Translations under genes and position numbers: made by a program
The notes under the pieces: model-generated
Database searches by the model: none
What the model saw: the letters and a program-made list of their open reading frames with translations, nothing else
What the model was told of the DNA's origin: nothing
Shown here: positions 35,217 through 46,832 of the stretch, one piece after another
How the letters are laid out: each line of letters opens with the position of its first letter
How positions within the stretch are numbered: the stretch's first letter is position 1
Assembly: GCA_030390025.1 (NCBI GenBank)
Contig: CM059431.1
Coordinates: forward strand, 125,986,001 to 126,050,000
Reading direction: 5' to 3'
Length of the DNA stretch: 64,000 bases
DNA from: Squalus acanthias
Lineage: Eukaryota

Positions 35217-36301
35217 TGGGGGCTGTACTGGCAGTCGACCTCGCCCTCCAGGATCTACGGCGGAGGGAGCGGAGGCAGCGAGAAAGATTGGAACATGTGG
35301 CCAGAGGGAGGAGAAGGGCCATGAAAACACTCAATAGGAGGCCTTACCCTCCGAGGGTATTCCGAGAACACTTCTCCTACCTCCAATTAAGCGAGGAGCA
35401 GTGTATGACAAGGCTACGCTTCAGCAAGGAGGTGGTCACAGAACTCTGTCACCTCCTGCAACCAGACCTCAGGCCTCAGATCAGGGTGACCATGGCTCTC
35501 TCAGTGGCAGTCAAGGTCACCGTCGCCCTCAATTTCATCACCAGTGGATCCTTCCAGTCTGCAACAGGAGATATATCTAACATCTTGCAATTCCCCAACC
35601 ATCGCTGCATCTGGGAGGTCACAGAGGCTCTCTACAGTAGGAGAAGGGACTACATTTCCTTCCCTATCACCAGAGAGAAGCAGGATGAACGTGCATGTGG
35701 CTTTGCCAGGATAGTGGGATTCCCCATGGTGCAAGGTGCCATTGACTGCACCCACGTGGAATTGCTGGCACCGCATAACAATCCTGAGATCTTCCGTAAC
35801 CGCAAAGGCTAACTCACTTAATGTGCATTTGGTATGCAACCAAAGACAACAAATCCTCAATGTGAATGCCCGCTATCCTGGCAGCAGCCACGATGCCTCC
35901 ATCCTGCGCCAGTCCGGTGCGCCAGACTCTTCCAGCCACCACGTCAAGCTCATGGCCGGCTGGTCAGAAACAAGGGCTATCTTCTCTCCACCTGGCTCAT
36001 GACTCCCCTCCGCAACCCCAACACTTCTGCCCAGCACTCATATAATGAGAGCCATGCTGCCACCAGGAACATCGTTGAGCAGACCATCAGGGTGCTCAAG
36101 CAACGGTTCAGCTGCCTTGACCGCTCAGGAGGAGCCCTCCAGTACTCGGCTGAGCAGGTGTCCCATTTCGTTGAGGTCTGCTGCTTGCTCCCCAACTTGG
36201 CCATCATGAGGGCCCAGCTCTTGCCACCAGGGATGGAGGGACCACTACAGGAGGAGGAAGAGGGAGAGGAGGAGGAGGAGGAAGATGAGGATGAGGAGTA
36301 G
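35217..36301 (+). pseudogene. HARBI1-like DDE transposase with frameshifts
   Basis: GAIDCTHV, FRNRKG, SLNVHLVC, ARYPGSSHDA, (N)KGY, YNESHAATRNIVEQTI..LKQRF and an acidic tail. Frame breaks near 35810 and 35920. Confidence 0.92.
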
Positions 36302-36559
36302 TAGGGGGAGGAAAAGGAGCGAGGGGGGAGGCAACCACTCAATCGGCCTCATCAGACTGCAGTTCCAATAAATTAAACCCCAGATCCCCGTTGCTCACAA
36401 CATCCCCATCATTCTATCCCTCTCGTAGGCCATATCACAGTGCAAAGCTGAAATGAGAGATACCACAAAATAATCTAAACTGAATTAATAAATTTGTCAA
36501 TAATCAGTGAACACGTGTTTACAGCAACATTATTACCTATTCACCCTTGTGAAATCCCT

Positions 36560-38410
36560 TAGTGCCTCTCGTTACTGTGCCTTTGCCTACTCTAGTGCTC
36601 CTACGACTGGTGGAAGGCTGCTGAGTGTCCGTGCGGGAGACTTCAGATGGCCTTGCGGGACGCCCTCGCCCAGCTCTGGGCCTGGAAGGCCCAGCTGTAG
36701 ATTGCACCACCTCAGCATGGGCGGCAGCAGTCTGGGCTGGCTAGATGATATTCAGCAACAAGGACAGTGGCGGAGTGCCAGTGGTGGGAGCAGGAATGCG
36801 GTCATCCTGAGAGAGGACATCAGCTTCCTGCTCCATTGCATTCAATCTCAGACTGCGCTCATACAGTCTCAGCTTGATGCCACGCAAGCTCTGAATGCTG
36901 TTGGCATCAAGCTGAGACTGTATGAGCGCAGTCTGAGATTGAATGCCACCAAGCATAGACTGCATTACAGCACTAAGACGTTGTGTCGCTTCCGCCTGTG
37001 CTGCAATGGAAGCTGCCAGATTGCCCATCACACGCGGCATCAGGTCTGGGTCGCCACGTTCTCTCTGGGAGTCTACCATCCTTTGCAGACTGAAAATGAT
37101 GGGCTTCATGGTGTGCGCAGAGCTCTGTGCAATGTTGGAGGTGGACTCCTCCACGCTCCTCATCATTGCAGAGAGGCTCTCGGGCACCCTTGCCATTGCA
37201 CCTATCATCACTGTGTGCATACCCATCATCCTTCTTCTAAAGGCCTCCCCGTTGAGGTCCTCATCTGAGTTCTGTGCAGCAGAACTCGCACACAAACTCA
37301 CCCTCCGGGGGGCTGGCCCCCGAGCTACCCTTTCCCCCTGGCCTTGCTGCAGCCCGCTTCTCCCCAGTGCATCACCCTGTGCAGATCCCGCTACTATACT
37401 AGCCTCTAAAGAACGCATAGTGCCAGTATCTGAGCTGGTGCCTGCGGGTGAGACATGCAGTGAAACAGTGTGTTCTTCCTCCTTCTCTTCTCCCGCCTCG
37501 TTCTCAACGGTACCATCAGGGACAGGCTGCTCAGGTGCTTGCTGATTATCTGAAAGCATAAAGGCACAAGAGTCGGGTTAAGGTGAGGGGAGGGGGGCAG
37601 GAAGGGAGAAATGCATTCATGCAGCATGATTAGCTGGAAAGTGCAAAACGCTTGTGGGCTGAGGGCGAAGTGGGATGTGAGAAGAAGGAGTAGGGATGAA
37701 CATACCGTTGTTGTCCCCAAGGGGGTCAACGTCGCCAGTGGCCACGGCACCCACCACCTGGTGCCCAATAATCAGCAGCACTCTATTCTCCAGCTCAGAC
37801 AGTGTTTGGGTGTTGGCTTGTCACCTGCCTGTGCGCTCCTGCTCCCTCCTGTTGCCAGCCACCTTGGCCTGAAAGGGAAAGGCAAGATGATGGGCAATAA
37901 ATGCTGGCCTTGCCAGCAATGCCCACATCCCACAAAACAAATACTTTTTTTTAAAGTATGTGAGTGAGTGTGGAGCAATGTGTCTGGGTGTTGTGCCTGC
38001 CATAGTTGAATAGCTCTGATTGTGTGCAAGTGTGAGATGTGGCCGTCAGTGTTGGTAGGTAGAGATTGTTGGTGGGTGAGTGCTAGGAGTGTGATGCTTT
38101 GGGCAATGTGGGCAGACTGTGGTTCAGATGGCGGTGTGTAGCATTTGTTGAAGCATTGACTTATCCTGACCTCCCGAATGAGTTCTTTAAATTTCTTCCT
38201 GCACTGTGTGTGAGTCCTGGGGACCACAGTGCTGCCCGAGATGTGCTGGGCTACCTCCCCCTACATGGTGCGGAACACTTGCGGCGAGGGTCTCCTGCCA
38301 CTTGCTGGGTAGAGCACCGCCCTCCGTCTTTCCACTGTGAACACCAACGCCTCCAATACATGGCTGAAGAATCTACCGGCTCTCTCCCTGGGGCATGGAT
38401 CTGCCATCAT
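36560..38410 (-). pseudogene. Harbinger Myb/SANT-like DNA-binding protein gene, 3 exons, with stops
   Basis: Exon 1 MMADPCPRERAGRF..LEALV..QCRKKFKELIR (about 38410-38165), exon 2 AKVAGNRREQERTG.. (about 37868-37706), exon 3 from about 37549 (ORF 36741-37559). Confidence 0.8.
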
Positions 38411-39722
38411 TACAGCTGCTTGAGTCGTCCGGCTCCTTCTCCTTGACCTGCTGCTGCTGGCTGAGACGGCTGCACAGCCAGCAATGATGAGAATGAGTTT
38501 CTGCAGCATCAATGAACCTCCCCTTTAAGAACTGGAAAGAGCCTGTGGCAATGATGACTTGTGATTAGACTGCACCTGATATTGGTCAGCGCTTTGAGTT
38601 TAATGCCACTGAGCTAGGCCATTAGTGCTAGCTTTAGTGCTCCAATTCTTTCTTTGTGCAAGGAGACTTTATTTTGCGTGCAGTCTGAAGCATTAGCGTC
38701 TGGTGCTAATTCTCAAACTTTTCAAAAGTTACCGCCCATTCCTGGGCTATAATGAATTTCTCCCCCTAAGAGCCAAAAGAGATCAAAGGTAATAATGGTT
38801 AGGCACCGTTGAGGCGGTTTTTGTCCGGACATGTGTAGCTACTTTACTTGAATTGTGTCAGCCCTGAACTCTTTACTGTGAAGTTAGCCTTTTTAATCCA
38901 AGGTAGTAATGAACTTGCAGAGAAACCATGTTTATAAGCAGTTATATAGAAGCAGATGCAATTCCTTCCAATGATTTTCAAAAGGAATATTATTTCTGTA
39001 ATCATCTTTTCAAAGCCAAGGCAATAGCAGATCAAATTATAAAAATCTATGCAGCTTAAATTTCTGAATACTCACCTAATTAAATAACTTATTCATCTTT
39101 GAGAAGCAATCATTAAACCAATTTGAGGAAAAATTCTGATAATTAGAGGTGAAATGAATAAAATAGAGTAAGGAAGGTAAAATATGAATACTTTCACCAA
39201 TTTGACATTTGACTTTGAAGCCGTAACAATGAGCTCTCAGGCAAAACAGAAAGGCAAATTTTCTCCATTAAAGCCTCCTGCTTATTTCCTTGGTCCAGTA
39301 ATCACAGAGCTAATTGACCGACTTCCAGCCCCCAGTATGAGTCTTGCTCTCCGAGAGCACATATTGAAAATTAAGGTGTGTGCTGTACATGATTATAAAT
39401 GGTTAGAAAATCAGGGGTGATGTTTGCTTGCACTTTTATCGTGTGAGTTCCCCCAACAGAAAGCAAAGTCAGAAAATTATCCTTCATATTTTATAAGTTC
39501 CCTTTTGAGTATCGGATTACTCCTAAGCGATAAAACTACAGTCAAAAAAATATTAGTGAGAGGTCAAATTGTCTTGCCTGCAGTAGTGGCATCGTGTTAT
39601 TGGTGTCCAATAGAAAATTGTCTTTTGGGCATCAATTTTCAATGGGCTTATTTTTCCTGAATCACAATTTTGATGAAGCATCTATGGGTTAGAGTTTCCA
39701 TGGGGATTTGTAAGAACACTGT

Positions 39723-40919
39723 GGTTCCACCACAGACCCAATTCATGTACAGACCGGGGTCAAGCAAGGCTGTGTCATTGCACCAACGCTCTTCTCGATC
39801 TTCCTTGCGGCAATGCTCCATCTCACCCTCAGTAAGCTCCCCGCTGGAGTGGAGCTAATTTACAGAACAAACGGGAAACTGTTCAACCTCTGTCACCTCC
39901 AGTCCAGATCCAAGGTCGTCCCTTCCTCTGTCATCGAATTACAGTATGCAGACGATGCTTGCGTCTGCGCACACTCGGAGGTCGAACTCCAAACCATCGT
40001 TAACACCTTCACCGAAGCGTACAAGAGCATGGGCCTTACACTAAACATCCGTAAGACAAAGATCCTCGACCAACCTGCCCCCGCCACACAGTACTGCCCC
40101 CCGATTATCAAAATCCATGACAAGGCCTTGGACAACGTGGACCACTTTCCATACCTCGGGAGCCTACTGTCAACAAGGGCAGATGTCGATGACAAAGTCC
40201 AACACCGCCTTCAGTGTGCCAGTGCAGCCTTCGGTCGCCTGAGGAAGAGAGTGTTTGAAGACCAGGACCTCAAACCCAGCACCAAGCTCATGGTCTACAG
40301 AGCAGTAGTAACACCCACCCTCCTGTATGCCTCAGAGACATGATCCATGTACAGCAGGCACCTTAAAGAACTGGAGAGGTACCACCAACGCTGCCTCCGC
40401 AAGATCCTGCAAATCCATTGGCAGGATAGGCGCACCAACGTCAGTGTTCTCGCTCAGGCCAACATCCCCAGCATCGAAGCTTTGACCACACTCGATCAGC
40501 TCTGATGGACGGGTCACATCGTCCGCATGCCCAATACGAGACTCCCAAACGAAGCGCTCTACTCGGAGCTCCAACACGGCAACAGAGCCCCAGGTGGGCA
40601 GAGGAAACGCTTCAAGGACACCCTCAAAGCCTCCTTGAAAAAGTGCAACATCCCCACCGACACCTGGGAATCCCTGGCCCAAGACCGTACAAAGTGGAGG
40701 AGAAGCATCCGGGAAGGCGCCGAATACCTCGAGTCTCTTCGCCGGGAGCAAGCGGAAGCCAAGCGCAAACAGCGGAAGGAGCGCACGTCAACCAAAGCAC
40801 CCCGCCTGTGACAGAGACTGTAGGTCCCGCATTGGACTCATCAGTCACCTGAGAACTCATTTTTAATGTGGAAGCAAGTCATCTTTGGTTCCGAGGGACT
40901 GCCTCAGAAGAAGAAGAAG
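39723..40919 (+). mobile_element. RTE-clade LINE, 5'-truncated
   Basis: GVKQGCV, LQYADD, FPYLGS, YRAVVTPTLLYASET, GGQRKRFKDTLK. Tail is (GAA)n at 40906-40919. Confidence 0.93.
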
Positions 40920-41107
40920 GATTAATATGCTGGCAAGATTTGTCAAGGACACCAGATAAAGCCTTAACCCTACACCTTAACTCCTTGTCAAGGAACCGTC
41001 TGAGATTTGCCACCCAGTTTATATCTAAGAGCTAATAATGCCCAAATTTAGCTTGACAAGCTTTCTTACATCAACCAATTCATATTATAATAACATTTAC
41101 AGCAAAA

Positions 41108-41350
41108 ACAATAACAACAACAACTTTATTTATATAGCGCCTTTAACATAGAGCTTTAGGAGGGAATTCCAGAACTAAGGGCCTAGGCAGCTGAAGGCAC
41201 GGCTGTCAATGGTGGGTCGATGGAAATCAAGGATGTGCAAGTGTTCAAAAATTGGAGGAGTTCAGAGATCTCGGAGGGTTGTAAGGCTGGAGGAGGTTAC
41301 AGAGATAGGGAGGGATGAGGACATGGAGGAATTTGAATACAAGGATGAGA
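41108..41350 (-). mobile_element. L2 LINE 3' end fragment
   Basis: (AAC)n + TTTATTTATATAGCGCCTTTAAC tail and GGGAATTCCAG..GGGCCTAGGCAGCTGAAGGC. Confidence 0.8.
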
Positions 41351-42975
41351 ACCAGACTCCCATCAGATCTGCTCAAACTTCTGGGTGAATGAATTCACCT
41401 TTTCTGACCAATTATTAAAGAAGTCAGACAGCAAATGCATGAAGTAAGAATTATTTATTAACCTAAGATTTAGAGCTAGCAAAGCTGAAACTTAAACATT
41501 GAGTATGCAAATAATTAATAGGATTAATTGACAAAATAAATAACAGGTGACAAAGACAGTTCATTTATGTCGAAGTAATTAAACAAATTAGCTGCTTGCT
41601 AATTATAAATTTATAGTTAAGATTAGTGTCTGAGATTAATATAAATTGGTAAAATTAGGATTCAACTCCTTTGAAAGCTGACAAGTTAGTAGCATTAGGA
41701 GGCCAAACTATGAATAGATATAAATCTATGTGCTCATAGTTATCAATATTTCTAGAACTTATACAACCTCAGCCTTATCAGCTGGCATGGATGAACTGGT
41801 TGCCTCACCTTCCTCTGGGAAGATGGTGATAGTCTTCCGATATGTCAGAGTGATGGACCTTTGTATAGAGAGGTGCTATTCATTCCTCCTGGATTCTATG
41901 TGCCTGGATAAATTCACCTTTTGCACTGATAGCTGTATCTGGATCCGCTGTCTTAAATCTAACCTTACTTGCTCTCAGGAAAAATCAAACATTTAGGTGA
42001 CACACTTATATCTTCTTGTGTCTGGCTGGTATCGCTGTACAATATTAATTTCTGAAACCTCTCTCAGTCAGTGATGCACTTTCTGATTTTACAGAAAACT
42101 TTCTACATATGCTAGACAAAAGCTCATACACCTTCAACTACAAAGACTACTGCAAGAATGGCTAAAACAAATAGAACTGAACTAAGAACTAAGACAGAAT
42201 GCTCCAGACTAAGCTTTAGTGTCATAAAACACCATTTCATATATTCTTCATTTCCAAAGCAATCTCCTCCATTCTATTAACCGTTCTGCATGCCACATGT
42301 GTTAGAAGAGTTCAGCCATCTGGTGATATTCACCTCACGCAACCCTCTAGGTACCCTTGATTACCTCAAAATCAATGAAGTTCCAGCACCTAGACATGCC
42401 AGGGCACTTGCTTACTCCCTAGCTTGTAAGTTCTTGGCTAACAAAGAAGACACACACTAGTCCAGATAAGACAGGACCTCTTTATGTCCCCCTTAGCAAG
42501 TGCTTTGTGGGTCTGTGGTCTTATTTTCTATCCCTGGTAAGGAATATTTTGTTTGTAGAAGCCTTTGTGATTTGAGTAGCATTGGCATTTTCCTTTCCCA
42601 GCATTCAGTCTGACGACTGACTCCATTTTGATGACACATTTAAGGCAATTTTTAGTGCATGTTTCTTATAAATTCTCTAATCTCCCACTATAAATTCAGC
42701 AGAAGATTGGCAGAAATCTGAGAGAAATGGTGTAAATGGCAATTAACACCTTTTCTCCAGGATTTCCGCCAATCTTCTGTCAAAGTCACAGCAGACAATT
42801 GAGAGAACCTTTGCGGAAACGAGTGACATACCTCTCTACCGCCACTGTTCATTTCCTGACGACTGCTGTGTTCTCTAACTGTTTAGTCAACATCAAAACT
42901 GGATGAGCAAGAACTTCCTTCAACTGAATAGCTGCAAGTCTGAAGCTACCTTGCTAAGTTCCTACTAAAAAATAT

Positions 42976-43739
42976 TGGCCCGAAAATTAAACCTAATACG
43001 CGAGAGTACGCACTGTGTACTCTCGCGTATTAGATCCCGAATTGCCGGTTTCCTGCATGCACTGCGCATGCGCGGGAAACCGGCACTTCGTGAATTGAAA
43101 AGGGGACGGTTCCTAAGTGAACCGCGTGCGCACTACAGGCTGTGCGCACGCAGTGCACTTAGTTATTTTTTCAGCTTTGAACGCGCAGGTAAGTGGTGAA
43201 GATTTTACACATAAAGAAAGCAGGCGTAGGACACCCTTTTAACAAGGTAAGTAGTTAATTAAGTGTTATTTTAAATTTTTTTCAACAGGTTTATCTTTTT
43301 TAGAGAATTAAAGAAAGGTAAGTTTATTTTTATAACTTTTAAAAAGATTTTAAATTTTTTCAAAAATTTAATTTTCTGTTTAAAGTGGTTAATTTATTTA
43401 ACTATACTTATTTTATTAATGTGATGGCTTTTTTTAAATTTAATTGAGGTTTAGCCGTTCTTTTGGGGGTGTGTAGTATTCATAGCTTTGACAGGTCTTC
43501 CTGTCAAAACGATGAATGAAAGATGGTGTGCTGCCATTGGCTCTAACTGAATCACGTGATCCCAGAGCTCGCACGAACTAATTGCGCCTCTGGGTCACGC
43601 AAGCACTGCATGGTTCCAAGAGAGAGAGCCTTTCAAACTAAAGTTCGTGTGGGCCCGGAGCAAAAAGGTAGGCGCGGAGTGCGATATCGCGGGGAATCCT
43701 TACCCCCGCGGGAACCCTCACTGTTTAATTTCTGGGCCA
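42976..43739 (+). mobile_element. About 760-bp MITE, AT-rich core family (copy 1)
   Basis: TIR TGGCCCGAAAATTAAAC / GTTTAATTTCTGGGCCA. Homologous to 57437-58199 and 61879-62645. Confidence 0.85.
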
Positions 43740-43804
43740 TTAATCTTAGCCAACAACTTCATCCTTCGCTTGGCTAGCTGCTCAGGCAGAAGCCAATTAT
43801 CAGA

Positions 43805-44160
43805 GAAACATCGAATCTTACAGCACAGAAGGAGGCCGTTCGGCCCAGCATGCCTGTGCCAGCTCTGCGAAAGAGCTAGCCAATCAGTCCCACTCCTGCT
43901 CTTTCTCCAAAGCCCTGATTTTTTTTTCTTTTTAAGTATTTATCCAATTCCCTTTTGAAAGCTATTATTGAATTGCTTCCATCACCCTTTCAGGCAGTGC
44001 ATTCCAGATCATGACAACTCGCTGTGTAAAGAAAATTCTCATCTCCCCTCTGGTTCTTTGCCAATTACACTAAGTCTGCCTCCTCTGGTTACCAACCCCC
44101 CTGCCAGGGAAACATTTTCTCCCTATTAACGCTATCAAAACGCCTCATTATTTTGTATAC
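43805..44160 (-). mobile_element. CR1 3' end fragment, diverged
   Basis: GAATCTTACAGCACAGAAGGAGGCCGTTCGGCCC..CAGGCAGTGCATTCCAGATC is the reverse of a CR1 3' UTR. Confidence 0.75.
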
Positions 44161-45337
44161 ATTACATAAATGTCTGTATATTTTTAGCAGTATGTATAGT
44201 TTTTAGCTTATATTTTGTATCTCTTAGAACTTGCAATTCCATGTAATATATTGTAACAATCCTGAGGGGCAAAGCTGTGGGAAGGTGGTTGTGTGGTCCA
44301 TTCCACTTCTGGAGAAGGGGCAGGAGAAGCTGGGTATAGAAGGAAATAAGCAGTATGTTTTGGGGGAGAGAGAGAGAGAGAGAGCACAACAGGGGAGGCA
44401 GAGAGCTGCTCAGTTGCTGACTTGTATCATTGGTACTGGTTATTGTTCCACACACTGTTCTACATATATAGCCATGTTTGGAGCTGTTCTGGAAGAAGTT
44501 GAAGACCTTCTTAACCAATGTTTATGGGTACATTCCAGGCTCTCATAGAAACACTCAAGTCACCTTTGGATGTCCTTATTCAAACATTATTCCTCAATAC
44601 AGTAAACATTTTGCACTTCGCTGAGTAAAAAAAATCTCCTCATCTCCCCTCACTTCTTTTACATTCTCCGTTCTGTTTAATCCTGAGCTAAGCATCATTG
44701 TCACTACCAAGACTGCCTATTTCCACAATATCACTTGCCTCTGCCCCATCTCACCCCTACTGCCGCTGAAACTTTTATCTATGTCTTTGACAACCTCCAG
44801 ACTCAATGGGCTGGATTTTGAATGACACGTGGAGTCGGGTTTGGAGGCGTGTGGGGGGTTAAAGTAGCAGATTCGGGGGTCCCGACCCCATCCCGACTCC
44901 AACATGCCTCCACGCAATTTTGACAAAATCGGTCGCGGGGTTCCCGACTCCGTCCCGCCTCCAAGAGGCGGGAGAGGCCATTAACTCCCTTAACAATCCC
45001 TAAAGTGGCTCAGTAATGCCATTTTGAAGCTTTTTAGGTAGTTTAACCCTTTTCCCACGTGAAGCACACCTGATGGGAAACACTCCAGTGAAACCTGGCG
45101 GGAGCACAAGTGCATTGCTGACTCTCAGCTGCAGCTCAACTTTTAAATAGGAGATTTGATCAGCCATCAATTGCAGGTGGCAGGACTTTGTTGTCACAGG
45201 TTTGGGGGAACATTTAGAAGGCATAACCGCAGCTCTGGAAGTTTGGAGCCTGACACCCATCTGCAGTGTGACCTCCTGGGAACCGCCTCTCGCCACTCTC
45301 ATTGAGGGCTTCCTCAACTGAGACCTATACCAGAGGC

Positions 45338-46580
45338 ATGGGAACCATTTATTTCCATCCCTCTTGGGCATCCGATGAGGATGAACAACAGCCGCAGCAC
45401 CAGCAGAACCATGAACAACAGCAGCACCAACAGCAGCAGCAACAGCAGGAGCGCCAAGCTGCTGCTCACCCACCTGAAGCTGCACAGGACAGAAGGGGCC
45501 AGCGCATGGAAGGCTGTCGGCGCAGGAGATACCCCCCAAACAGGGTCTACCGACACAGGGTCAGCTACCTCAACATGTCTGAGCAGCAGTGCCAAAGGCG
45601 GCTCCGACTTTTGCGAGAGGTAGTGGGTGACATCTGCGCAATGCTGCAACAAGACCTGGAGCCCAGAGGACCAGGTGGATGCCCCTTACCAGTGGCCATC
45701 AAAGTCACCACCGCACTCAACTTTTTTGCTTCAGTCTCATTCCAGGGATCAGCAGCAGACATCAGCGGCATCTCCCAGGCGGCCGCGCACACCTGCATCA
45801 CGCAGGTAACCGATGCCCTCTTTGCCATCGCGCACAATCACATCCATTTCACCAAGGATCGAGCAAGTATCACGGCGCGTGCGGTTGGATTAGCTAATCT
45901 GGCAGGCTTTCCAAGGGTGCAGGGCGTCGTTGACTGCACACATGTGGCCCTTAAGGCACCCCATCGCAATCCAGGTATTTTTGTCAACCGCAAGGGCTTC
46001 CACTCCCTCAACGTTCAGCTGGTGTGTGACCACAACAAGGAAGTTCTGCATGTTTGTGCCAAGTACCCTGGCAGTTGCCATGACTCCTTCATACTGCGCT
46101 AGTCTAGTGTGCCTCCGCTATTCAGTCCACCAGACCAACTTCACGGATGGCTACTTGGAGACAAGGGCTATCCCCTGAAGACGTGACTAATGACGCCGTT
46201 GAGGAAAACATCCAACGCAGCTAAGGAGAGCTACAACGCCAGCCACATTTCCACCAGAGCCATAATCGAGCAAACCATCGGTATGCTGAAGATGCGCTTC
46301 AGATGTCTGGATAGGTCAGGTGGAGCCCTGCAATACTCAGCAGCCAGGGTCTCCAGAATCGTTGTGGTTTGCTGTGCACTTCACAACATGGCACAGCGTC
46401 GTGGCTTACAGATACCGGAGGACCAAGTGGTTCCTCACATAGCCTCCTCAGATAAGGAGGAGGAGGAGGGGGAGGAGAGAGAGAACAAACAACTTGCAGA
46501 GGCCCCTCAACCAGCGGCAGCATTACGCGAGACCATAGCTGCAAGGAACACACTCATCTTGGCCAGATTTGCTTCGCCTA
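45338..46580 (+). pseudogene. HARBI1-like DDE transposase with two in-frame stops
   Basis: [68 protein letters not shown]. Stops at 46100 and 46184. PolyQ N-terminus. Confidence 0.93.
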
Positions 46581-46832
46581 GACAAGCAAGCACTTTTGCC
46601 TCGCAGCTTCTTACCAGATCTACGACAATGGCCCAGACCCAGCGGATCCCTAACAATGTGACTACCATACTGACAATTGCAAGTTATCCTAAGGCCTCAT
46701 TGTGGAAGTCCCATTAGCGAAATGAAGACACCACAACTGCAGCTGTAGCCATCAGAGTTTTTATTTAAACTTTACACCTGATGGCTTTTTCACAATACAC
46801 ATAAAAATTCACCCAAGTGACTACCCTTGTGA

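Larger units (their letters stand above)
34708..38766. mobile_element. Full-length PIF/Harbinger transposon (4.06 kb), mutated
   Basis: TIRs GGGGGAAACATTCA / TGAATTTCTCCCCC and perfect TAA TSD. Convergent transposase (+) and Myb/SANT gene (-). Confidence 0.96.

Noticed and set aside
35195..36301. Domesticated host HARBI1 or NAIF1/MSANTD genes
   Set aside because: They lie between TIRs with a TSD, are multi-copy in this window, and carry stops and frameshifts.
36507..37268. 253-aa plus-strand ORF and other long antisense ORFs
   Set aside because: Shadow frames of GC-rich transposon coding sequence with no independent domain signal.
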